Assembly (NCBI GenBank): GCA_900079695.1
Contig: LT599022.1
Coordinates: 142,222 to 166,221 of the forward strand
Direction of reading: 5' to 3'
DNA from: an uncultured Alphaproteobacteria bacterium
Lineage (GTDB): Bacteria > Pseudomonadota > Alphaproteobacteria > Rhodospirillales > Rhodospirillaceae
DNA: 24,000 nucleotides
Position numbers and translations under genes: made by a program. The notes below the pieces were generated by a model. The model searched no databases and was not told the origin of the DNA. It was given only the letters and a program-made list of their open reading frames with translations. How positions within the stretch are numbered: position 1 is the first letter of the stretch; every line of letters begins with the position of its first letter. Below, in pieces: positions 6,338-13,264 of the stretch.

Positions 6338-6349
6338 CCCCCCCCCCCC
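6338..6349. repeat. Homopolymeric C12 tract
   Basis: Twelve consecutive C residues at 6338-6349. They lie between the methyltransferase relic and the ORF at 6428. Confidence 0.95.
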
Positions 6350-6427
6350 AGGCTTGTTTCCGGATAATCCCTTGACCGGCCGCGGAGCGCGAGCTTCATT
6401 TGCTCAAGAGGACGAGGAAGGCCGCTT

Positions 6428-6634
6428 ATGATCGAGACGCGCATCTGGAATGCCATCGACCACCTCGACACCCTCGAGGCGATCGCGGCCTACCTGCACG
6501 CCGCCATGGAGGACGGAGACCTCAGGCTGATCGACGCCGCGCTCGCAGATATCGCTCGCGCCCTTGGCGTAGGCGACGGCCTCGCGCATTCCCTGAACGA
6601 TCTTGTTAACCATGGCGCTGGCCCTCGCGACTGA
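6428..6634 (+). pseudogene. Truncated addiction-module antidote (TIGR02684-like) remnant, HTH region lost
   Basis: The 68-aa ORF contains LEAIAAYLHAAMEDGDLRLIDAALADIARALG. This matches the conserved N-terminal half of that antidote family as I recall it (..EAIAAYLNAALE.GDP.L...ALGDIARA.G). The sequence then diverges and stops where the HTH should be. No cognate upstream toxin gene is present. Confidence 0.5.
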
Positions 6635-6650
6635 GCTGTATTCGGCTAAC

Positions 6651-6680
6651 GATGTTATTTAATCATGATTAAATGACATC
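6651..6680. repeat. 30-bp near-perfect palindrome GATGTTATTTAATCATGATTAAATGACATC
   Basis: 13-bp arms around a CATG core. There is a single mismatched pair (T6/G25, which would be a G-U pair in RNA). The inner 18 bp (6657-6674) are a perfect palindrome. No T-run follows. Confidence 0.8.
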
Positions 6681-6834
6681 GTAGCACATTGCCCGTCAAC
6701 GTCCGCAACCACCCCCTTCAGGGCGCCGATTGAGCGTCATTTCCGGCAATGCGTAACGCTTATCTGTTTCCGTTCAGGCAACTCACGCTGGCGCCACACC
6801 GAGGGCTCAGGTTTCGCCGATAGCGATTCCCTGC

Positions 6835-6863
6835 TTGACACAGAATTCGCTGTCAGCGAATAT
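6835..6863 (+). promoter_or_regulatory. Candidate sigma70-type promoter for the relE-like/antitoxin operon
   Basis: TTGACA (6835-6840), 17-nt spacer, GAATAT (6858-6863), with alternative AT-rich -10 hexamers just downstream. It lies ~25-50 nt upstream of the ATG at 6886. Confidence 0.45.
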
Positions 6864-6885
6864 ACGGCATCGGGCGGGGGCGTGA

Positions 6886-7143
6886 ATGCGGATCGAATAC
6901 GAGACGAAGGCGATCAAGGACCTGAAGGCCATTACATCGGCTGATCGGGCTCGCATCATCGGGAAGATCGAGCAGTACGCCAAGTCCCCGCACAGCCTCG
7001 CCAATCAGGTGAAACACCTTGTGGGCTCGCCGTTTCATCGACTTCGGGTCGGCGATTATCGGGTGATTTTCTCGCTTACGGAAGAGGCTGTCGCGATCAT
7101 GGTGGTGATCCGTGTCAGACATCGGAGGGAAGCCTATGACTAA
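6886..7143 (+). CDS. RelE/ParE-superfamily type II toxin
   Basis: 85 aa. IEYETKAIKDLKAI...RARIIGKIEQYA...HLVGSPFHRLRVGDYRVIFSL..EAVAIMVVIRVRHRREAY is the typical RelE/StbE pattern. Confidence 0.85.
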   Translation: MRIEYETKAIKDLKAITSADRARIIGKIEQYAKSPHSLANQVKHLVGSPFHRLRVGDYRVIFSLTEEAVAIMVVIRVRHRREAYD

Positions 7144-7462
7144 GACCGTGACGATTCCGCAGGAAGAGTACGATGCGCTTCTCGCCCGGGTCGAGGACCT
7201 GGACGATATTCTGGCAGCCAATGCCGCGATGACCGGCGCGAGGTTGCCGCACGAGTGCGCCATGCGCATCATCGACGGCCAACACCCCACGCGGGTGTGG
7301 CGCGAGTATCGTGGTTTCAGCGCGTTGGCGCTCGCGAAGAAATCCGGCGTGTCGCAGGCGTATCTCAGCGAGATTGAAACCGGGAAAAAGCCGGGCTCGG
7401 TGGAAGCCTACAAGGCCATAGCCGAGGCTTTGAGCGTGCCGTTGGATGCCGTCGTACCGTAA
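7136..7462 (+). CDS. XRE-family HTH antitoxin (downstream of toxin, HigA-like arrangement)
   Basis: ATG at 7136 with GGAGGGA at 7124-7130. It overlaps the toxin stop (ATGACTAA). The C-terminal HTH is FSALALAKKSGVSQAYLSEIETGKKPGSVEAYKAIAEAL. Confidence 0.8.
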   Translation: MTKTVTIPQEEYDALLARVEDLDDILAANAAMTGARLPHECAMRIIDGQHPTRVWREYRGFSALALAKKSGVSQAYLSEIETGKKPGSVEAYKAIAEALSVPLDAVVP

Positions 7463-7530
7463 GGGGGCAACATGCCGGATCTCGATTTCTCCAGGGCGGA
7501 GCCCCTGGTCTTGCAGGCGGAGCGCGAGCC

Positions 7531-8226
7531 ATGGTGATCGAACTCACCGATGTGGCGATCCGGCGCGGCGGCAAGGGCGGGTTTCTGATGTCGGTGCCGA
7601 AGTTCGCGGTGGCGGCGGGGGAGGCGGTGGCGATCACCGGCGCGTCGGGCAGCGGCAAGAGCACGGTGCTGGATGCGTTGGGACTGGTGTTGCGGCCGGA
7701 GGCGGCGGCCGGGTTCCGCTGTTGCGGCGCGGATGCGGCGACGCTGTGGCGGGCGGACGATCTCGACGGTCTGGCGGCGGCGCGTGCGGCGGGGATCGGC
7801 TACATCCTCCAAACCGGCGGGTTGCTGCCGTTCCTGAGCGTGCGGGAGAATATCGGCCTATCCCCGTCGCTGCTGGGGCAGAAGGATTTCGCGCGGCACG
7901 TCGCGATGCTGGTGGAGGCGCTGGGGCTGGGGCCGCACCTCGCCAAGATGCCCGCACAGCTTTCGATCGGCGAACGCCAGCGCGCGGCGATCGCCCGCGC
8001 CCTGGCGCACCGCCCGGCGCTGCTGCTGGCCGACGAGCCGACCGCCTCGCTCGATCCGGTGAACGCGGGCAAGGTGCTCGACCTGCTGCTCGGTCTGGTG
8101 AAGGGGCTCGGCACCGCGCTGGTGCTGGTGAGCCACGACTGGTCGAAGGTCGCGAGCCTGGGCCTCCGGCGCTACGCCACCGCCAGCGCGACCGCGGGCG
8201 GCTGGCTGGCGGAGGTGGCGTCATGA
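7531..8226 (+). CDS. ABC transporter ATP-binding protein (LolD/MacB/FtsE-like)
   Basis: Walker A GASGSGKST, Q-loop ILQTGG, signature LSIGERQR, Walker B LLLADEPT, H-loop LVSHD. GGAG lies 8 nt upstream of the ATG. Confidence 0.9.
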   Translation: MVIELTDVAIRRGGKGGFLMSVPKFAVAAGEAVAITGASGSGKSTVLDALGLVLRPEAAAGFRCCGADAATLWRADDLDGLAAARAAGIGYILQTGGLLPFLSVRENIGLSPSLLGQKDFARHVAMLVEALGLGPHLAKMPAQLSIGERQRAAIARALAHRPALLLADEPTASLDPVNAGKVLDLLLGLVKGLGTALVLVSHDWSKVASLGLRRYATASATAGGWLAEVAS

Positions 8227-9443
8227 AGCGGCGCGGCGCGGTTCAGGCGGCGCGGCTCGCGCTCGCCGACTTCCGGTTCGACGCACGGGTCTCGGCGTGT
8301 CTGGTGTTGGCGTTGGCGGCGGTGATGACGCCGCTGCTGGTGCTGTTCGGGTTGAAATACGGCATGGTCTCGACGTTGCAGCAGCGCCTGCTCGCCGACC
8401 CCACCAATCGCGAGATCGTCGTCGTCGGCAGCCAGCGCCTTGCGCCCGAGTGGTTCGAAAGCCTGCGGCAAAGCCGCGACGTCAGCTTCCTCGCGCCGCG
8501 TTCGCGCTCGCTTTCCGCCACGCTCGACGCCCGCGGGCCCGAGGGCGCGGCCTATCCGGGCCTGGAGATGGTGCCCTCGGCGGCGGGCGATCCGCTGTTG
8601 CCGTCGGGCGCGAAGCCGCCGACCGGAAACGCCGTGTGGCTCACCGCCACCGCCGCCCAGCGCCTCGGCGCGCGCCCGGGCGACACGGTGACGGCGCAGG
8701 TCGCCCGCACCCTCAACGGCGAAACCCAGGCGGCGCGCTTTCCGCTGACGGTCGCGGGGGTGATCCCGGAATCCGCGTTCGGCCGCGCCGCCGCGTTCGT
8801 CGCCGTCGAACTCCTGCTCGTCACCGAGGATTTTCGCGACGGCTACGCCGCCCCCGGGATCGGCTATGCCGCCGGAACCCCGCGCCCCGCCTCGCCGCCG
8901 CGCGCATTCGCGGGGCTGCGCCTTTATGCCGTCGATCTCGACGGTGTCGCGCCGCTCGCCGAGCGCCTGCGCAGCCAGGGCATGGAGGTGCGCACCCGCG
9001 CCGCCGAAATCGAGAACGTCAAGGCGATCGACCGGGTGCTGTCGCTCATCGTTCTCGTCATCGCCGCGATCGGCGCGACCGGCTTCCTCCTGTCGCTCGG
9101 GGCGTCGCTCTGGGCCAACGTCGAACGCAAGCGCCGCGATCTCGCGCTGATGCGCCTGATCGGCTTCTCTCCCGGCGCGGCGGCGCTGTTTCCCGCCGTC
9201 CAGGCGGTGCTGGTCGCCGTCCTCGGCGCCGCGCTTTCGGGCGTCGTCTATCTCGGCGTTTCCGCGCTGTTCGACCTTGCCCTCGGAGCCAATCTCGGCG
9301 CCAACGAATTCGTCACCCGCATGCCGGCGCTCCATTTCGCCGCCGCCTGCGCCGCCACCCTCGTCGCCGCGCTCGCCGCCGCCAGCTTCGCCGGACGTCG
9401 GGCGGCCACGGTCGATCCTGCGGAGAGTTTGCGCGATGTTTGA
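8223..9443 (+). CDS. FtsX/MacB-type ABC permease with large periplasmic domain
   Basis: The start ATG overlaps the ATPase stop (ATGA at 8223-8226). It has an N-terminal TM helix and a ~240-aa soluble region. The C-terminal FtsX-like TM bundle is IVLVIAAIGATGFLLSLGASLWANVERKRRDLALMRLIGFSPG... The longer ORF from 7446 was rejected. Confidence 0.85.
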   Translation: MKRRGAVQAARLALADFRFDARVSACLVLALAAVMTPLLVLFGLKYGMVSTLQQRLLADPTNREIVVVGSQRLAPEWFESLRQSRDVSFLAPRSRSLSATLDARGPEGAAYPGLEMVPSAAGDPLLPSGAKPPTGNAVWLTATAAQRLGARPGDTVTAQVARTLNGETQAARFPLTVAGVIPESAFGRAAAFVAVELLLVTEDFRDGYAAPGIGYAAGTPRPASPPRAFAGLRLYAVDLDGVAPLAERLRSQGMEVRTRAAEIENVKAIDRVLSLIVLVIAAIGATGFLLSLGASLWANVERKRRDLALMRLIGFSPGAAALFPAVQAVLVAVLGAALSGVVYLGVSALFDLALGANLGANEFVTRMPALHFAAACAATLVAALAAASFAGRRAATVDPAESLRDV

Positions 9444-11040
9444 GACGGAAAAGATGTTTCGGGTCTTCTATTCCTCCGCGAAGCGGGGCTCGAGGGCCTG
9501 CGGTTGGGGCGGAGCCCTGGCGGTGCTGTTGGCCTTGGCCGCGCCCGCCCTGGCCGACTGGGACGCGAAGCTCTTCAATCCGCAGGCGGCGAAGGACGAC
9601 GTGGTGCTGCCGATGCCGTGCGGCGGGGCGATGGCGTTCCGGCGGGTGGCGATTCCGGCGGAGGGTGCGCTCGGCGACCGCGCGGTGACGCTGGGGAGCG
9701 CGGCGGCGGAGCGGGGCTACGCGGAGGGACCGCGGCGCACCTGGGTGGCGGGCAGCCTGCCGGGCGGCAAGACCACCTCGGAGTACTGGATCGGCAAGTA
9801 CGAGGTGAGCGAGCTTCAGTACAAGGCGGTGATGGAGGAGACCTGCCCGACGGCGAACCTCGGCGGGCGGTTGGCCAAGGGCGGGGTGTCGTGGTTCGAC
9901 GCGGTCGCGTTTTCCGAACGTTACACCACGTGGCTGCTGAAGACCGCGGCGAAGAGCCTGCCGAAGAACGGGGACGAGCCCGGCTTCGTGCGCCTGCCGA
10001 CCGAGGACGAATGGGAGTTCGCGGCGCGCGGTGGCGCGGCGGTGGCGGACGCCGACTTTTCCGAGCCCGCGTTCCCGATGCCGGAGGGGATGGCGCGCTA
10101 CGTGTGGTTCGCGGGCACCCAGTCGGCCAACGGCAAGCCGCAGCTCACCGGGTTGTTGAAGCCCAATCCGCTGGGGGTCTACGACATCCTCGGCAACCTC
10201 GACGAGATCGCGTTCGCGCCGTTCCATTTGAACAAGCTCGGCCGCGCGCACGGCGCGGCGGGCGGTTTCGTGGTGCGGGGCGGCAACTATCTGACCGCGG
10301 AGTCGGACATTCGCGCCGCGGCGCGGGCGGAGGTGCCGTATTTCGACGCCGCCGGGCCGCGGCGGGCGAAGACCACCGGCTTTCGCGTCGTGGTCTCCGC
10401 GCCGGTGATCGGGGCGGCGGCGCAGTTGCAGGCGGCCCGGGCGGCGTGGGAGAAGCTCGGCGCATCCTCCGCGCCGGAGGCGTCGCCGCAGGCGGCGCTC
10501 GGCAAGCGCGCCGCGGACCCCGTGGCCGAGCTGGAGCAGATCGCCAAGGCCGCGCCGACGCCGGAGATGAAGGCGCGGCTGGAGCAGTTGCGCTCGGATT
10601 TGCGGGCGAACATCGCGGCGCGCGACGAGCAGCGCGACCGCGCGGCGAAGACCGCGCTGCGGATGGGCGCGTTCCTCGGCCGCAAGCTCAAGGACGACGG
10701 CCTCGCCATCGACACGCTGGCGAAGCTCGCCGAGGCGCAGAAGGCGCGCGATCCGAATTCGGAGCGGACCCGGGATTACCTCGCGGCGCTGCAGGCGGAT
10801 CAGGCGGCGATGGACGACAACCTGCGCTATTATGCGGATACCGTGATCCGTACCGCCGAGGACTACGGCGAGGATACCCTGACGCGCCAGCGGGAACTGC
10901 TGACCACGGAGCTCAAGGGGATCGGGCTCGGCGAGCTTGCGCCGTTCGTGGCTCTTCACCTGGAGCACGTCCTGACCTATCGTAAGGACATGCGCGTCAG
11001 CCGCGCGAAGTGGCTGAACGATTGGAAAACCCTGCACTGA
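9436..11040 (+). CDS. Secreted FGE-sulfatase/SUMF1-fold domain protein (non-catalytic variant) with ~210-aa helical C-terminal domain
   Basis: ATG at 9436 overlaps the permease stop (ATGTTTGA); an alternative ATG is at 9454. The signal peptide is GGALAVLLALAAPALA/DW. FGE-family blocks seen are YWIGKYEVSELQY, VSWFDAVAF, RLPTEDEWEFAARGG, NPLGVYDILGNLDE, RGGNY and TGFRVV. There are no Cys residues where the FGE catalytic Cys pair would lie. Confidence 0.8.
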   Translation: MFETEKMFRVFYSSAKRGSRACGWGGALAVLLALAAPALADWDAKLFNPQAAKDDVVLPMPCGGAMAFRRVAIPAEGALGDRAVTLGSAAAERGYAEGPRRTWVAGSLPGGKTTSEYWIGKYEVSELQYKAVMEETCPTANLGGRLAKGGVSWFDAVAFSERYTTWLLKTAAKSLPKNGDEPGFVRLPTEDEWEFAARGGAAVADADFSEPAFPMPEGMARYVWFAGTQSANGKPQLTGLLKPNPLGVYDILGNLDEIAFAPFHLNKLGRAHGAAGGFVVRGGNYLTAESDIRAAARAEVPYFDAAGPRRAKTTGFRVVVSAPVIGAAAQLQAARAAWEKLGASSAPEASPQAALGKRAADPVAELEQIAKAAPTPEMKARLEQLRSDLRANIAARDEQRDRAAKTALRMGAFLGRKLKDDGLAIDTLAKLAEAQKARDPNSERTRDYLAALQADQAAMDDNLRYYADTVIRTAEDYGEDTLTRQRELLTTELKGIGLGELAPFVALHLEHVLTYRKDMRVSRAKWLNDWKTLH

Positions 11041-11051
11041 CGCGGGCGAGG

Positions 11052-11756
11052 ATGATGAACAGCAAATTTTTCAAGGGCGTAGCTCTGGCGTCGGCGCTGC
11101 TGCTGGGCGCCTGCACCACCACCGGCAACGATACCGCCCGCACCCCGGCCGAGCAGAAGATGCGCGACCAGGCGGCCACCTTCAACACCACGGTGGCGGA
11201 GGGCGCGGTGACGGGTTGCGTGGTCGGCGCGATCATCGGCATCCTCGCCTCCAACCGCAACCACGGCTCCGGCGCGGCGATCGGCTGCGGCGCGGGCGCG
11301 GCGCTCGGCGGCGCCACCGGCTACATGGTGGCGAGCACGCAGGAGAAGTACGCCAACGAGGAGACGCGGCTCGATGCGATGACCGCCGACCTCAAGGCCG
11401 ACAACCAGCGCCTTGCCGGGCTGATCGACAGCAGCCGTCAGGTGATCGCCTCCGACAAGGCGGCGATCGAGAACCTCGACAAGCAGATCGCGGAGAAGAA
11501 GATCACCACCGCGCAGGCGCGCGCCGAAATTTCGAAGGTCGACGAGAACATCTCCTACCTCAAGCAGACGGTCGCGAACCTCAAGAAGCGCGAGGAGGAA
11601 TACAAGGTGGCGCGCGACAAGGCGGCGGCCGAGGCGGGCGCGCAGGCGGCGGCCGAGGTCGATGCGGAAATCTCGACGCTGCAAACCCAGATCGCCACGT
11701 TGGAGCAGGACCTCGACGGTCTGGTGACGCGGCGCAAGATTTCGCGAGTGGGGTAA
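11052..11756 (+). CDS. Lipoprotein with glycine-zipper segment and long coiled-coil tail
   Basis: Start ATG at 11052 or 11055. The lipobox is LLLGAC. The glycine zipper is GAVTGCVVGAIIGILASNRNHGSGAAIGCGAGAALGGATGY (Rick_17kDa/SlyB-like). The C-terminal ~130 aa look heptad-rich (DKAAIENLDKQIAEKK...TLQTQIATLEQDLD). Confidence 0.75.
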   Translation: MMNSKFFKGVALASALLLGACTTTGNDTARTPAEQKMRDQAATFNTTVAEGAVTGCVVGAIIGILASNRNHGSGAAIGCGAGAALGGATGYMVASTQEKYANEETRLDAMTADLKADNQRLAGLIDSSRQVIASDKAAIENLDKQIAEKKITTAQARAEISKVDENISYLKQTVANLKKREEEYKVARDKAAAEAGAQAAAEVDAEISTLQTQIATLEQDLDGLVTRRKISRVG

Positions 11757-11759
11757 GTC

Positions 11760-12242
11760 ATGAAGCTGTGGACGATCGCGGCGCTCGCCGCGCTGGTGGC
11801 CCTGGGCGGTTGCGCCCGCAACGAGGACCCGGCGAAGGGCGGGTTCTTCTCCGGCATCGCCAACATGTCGGACGGCACCTACGAGCGCCGTCAGCAGGAC
11901 CGCAAGGAGGCGCTGGAGAACGAGCAGGACATGAACCTGCAGAAGCAGCGCGAGCTCGAACGCACCAACGCGCAGAGAGACGCGGTGGCGGCGCAGCGGG
12001 CGCAGGTGGAATCCCAGGCGGCGGCGCTGGAGAGCGAGGTGTCGGCGCTCAAGGCGAAGCTTGCCAAGGCGAAGACCCAGCACGGCGATCTGCAGCGTCA
12101 GGCGGACGTTTTGCAGGCGAAGATCGACGTGCTGCAGCAGGATAGCTTCACTCCGCCCGCCGACAAGGCGGCGCGCCTCGACGCGTTGCGCAAGGAAAAG
12201 GCCGATCTCGAAAAGCAGATCGACACCGCGATCGGGCGGTGA
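11760..12242 (+). CDS. Coiled-coil lipoprotein
   Basis: ATG lies 3 nt after the previous stop. The signal peptide plus lipobox is AALVALGGC. The remainder is charged and Q/A/E/K-rich coiled coil (LESEVSALKAKLAKAKTQHGDLQRQADVLQAKIDVLQQD). Confidence 0.75.
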   Translation: MKLWTIAALAALVALGGCARNEDPAKGGFFSGIANMSDGTYERRQQDRKEALENEQDMNLQKQRELERTNAQRDAVAAQRAQVESQAAALESEVSALKAKLAKAKTQHGDLQRQADVLQAKIDVLQQDSFTPPADKAARLDALRKEKADLEKQIDTAIGR

Positions 12243-12285
12243 GGGCGGCGCGGCGGCCGGAGGCGGCGGTCGCGGGTTTCCGGCG

Positions 12286-13260
12286 TCAGAAGGTGTGGCT
12301 GCGGCGGATCACCGCCGCCGCCGCGTGGCCGGGGGCGAGCCGGGCGGCCTCCTCGGCCGGGAGTTCCGCCTCGATCCTGCGGCCGCCCGCGATCTCCAGT
12401 TCCACGTGGGCGCGCGGACCGGCGGCGCGCACCGCCACCACCGTGGCGGCGAGGCCGTGCGGCGCGCCGGGCGGCGCGATGCCGATCTCGTGGGCGCGCA
12501 CATAGGCGACGCCTTCGGGGGTGTCGACGCGGTTGACCGATCCCAGAAACTCGCAGACGAACGGCGTCGCCGGGTGGGCGTAGAGCTCGGCGGGCGGCGC
12601 GATCTGTTCGAGCCTGCCGCCGTCGATCACCGCGACCCGGTCGGCGAGCTCCAGCGCTTCCTCCTGATCGTGGGTGACGAACAGGGTGGTGTGGCCGGTG
12701 CGGTCGTGGAGTTCGCGCAGCCAGCGCCGCAGTTCCTTGCGCACCCGCGCGTCGAGCGCGCCGAAGGGCTCGTCGAGCAGCAGCACGCCCGGATCGATGG
12801 CGAGGGCGCGGGCCAGCGCGACGCGCTGGCGCTGGCCGCCGGAAAGCTGCGCCGGATACCGGGCCTCGAAGCCTTCGAGATGGACGAGCCGCAACAGCTC
12901 GCGGGCGCGGCGGCGGATCTCGGCCTTGGGCGGGCGGGTGGCGCGCGGCCGCACCGAGAGGCCGAAGCCGACGTTGGCCTCCACCGTCATGGTGCGGAAC
13001 AGCGCATAGTGCTGGAACACGAAGCCGACGTTGCGGTCGCGCGCGTCGCGCCCGGCGACGTTTTCGCCGTCGAAGCGGATCTCGCCGCCTTCGAGGGTTT
13101 CGAGCCCGGCGATCGCGCGCAGGAGGGTGGTCTTGCCCGAGCCCGAGGGGCCGAGCAGCGCCACCAGTTCGCCGTCCGCCACCGTCATCGAGATGCCGTT
13201 GAGCGCCGGCCGCTCGCCGCCGGGGAAGGTCTTTACCGCGTTGTCGATGTCGATCCGCAT
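12286..13260 (-). CDS. cysA: Sulfate/thiosulfate ABC transporter ATP-binding protein CysA
   Basis: Walker [10 protein letters not shown], signature LSGGQRQR, Walker B LLLDEPF. It is the last gene of an sbp-cysT-cysW-cysA run. Confidence 0.9.
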   Translation of the reverse strand: MRIDIDNAVKTFPGGERPALNGISMTVADGELVALLGPSGSGKTTLLRAIAGLETLEGGEIRFDGENVAGRDARDRNVGFVFQHYALFRTMTVEANVGFGLSVRPRATRPPKAEIRRRARELLRLVHLEGFEARYPAQLSGGQRQRVALARALAIDPGVLLLDEPFGALDARVRKELRRWLRELHDRTGHTTLFVTHDQEEALELADRVAVIDGGRLEQIAPPAELYAHPATPFVCEFLGSVNRVDTPEGVAYVRAHEIGIAPPGAPHGLAATVVAVRAAGPRAHVELEIAGGRRIEAELPAEEAARLAPGHAAAAVIRRSHTF

Positions 13261-13264
13261 GCGC

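Noticed and set aside
6006-6431. 141-aa ORF spanning the hicB end to the antidote remnant
   Set aside because: This is a chimeric read-through. It matches the methyltransferase only over TFLRPGGVLTAI, then leaves the methyltransferase frame because of the 1-nt insertion. It is better explained as a pseudogene relic (6123-6324).
6651-6680. Reading the 30-bp palindrome as a dif/pdif-like XerC/XerD site
   Set aside because: One arm (GATGTTATTTAAT) loosely resembles XerD-arm sequences I remember (TTATGTTAAAT-like). However, the central region is 4 bp rather than 6-8 bp, the arms are nearly identical rather than XerC/XerD-asymmetric, and there is no second copy. The resemblance is too weak to claim.
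7446-8222. Upstream 259 codons of the 665-aa ORF 7446..9443
   Set aside because: This is out-of-frame overlap with the well-supported ABC ATPase gene, and the translation is Gly/Arg-rich nonsense. The real permease starts at the ATGA junction at 8223.
8172-11037. Long ORFs 8172..9335(-), 8297..9688(+), 9313..11037(-) and 9504..10985(+)
   Set aside because: All overlap the permease and FGE-like genes in alternative frames. They have extreme Arg/Gly/Pro composition and no recognisable motifs.
12243-12285. Possible bidirectional terminator between the convergent lipoprotein gene and cysA
   Set aside because: Only a 5-bp CCGGA/TCCGG stem with a 17-nt loop could be drawn and there is no U-tract. 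This is not convincing.
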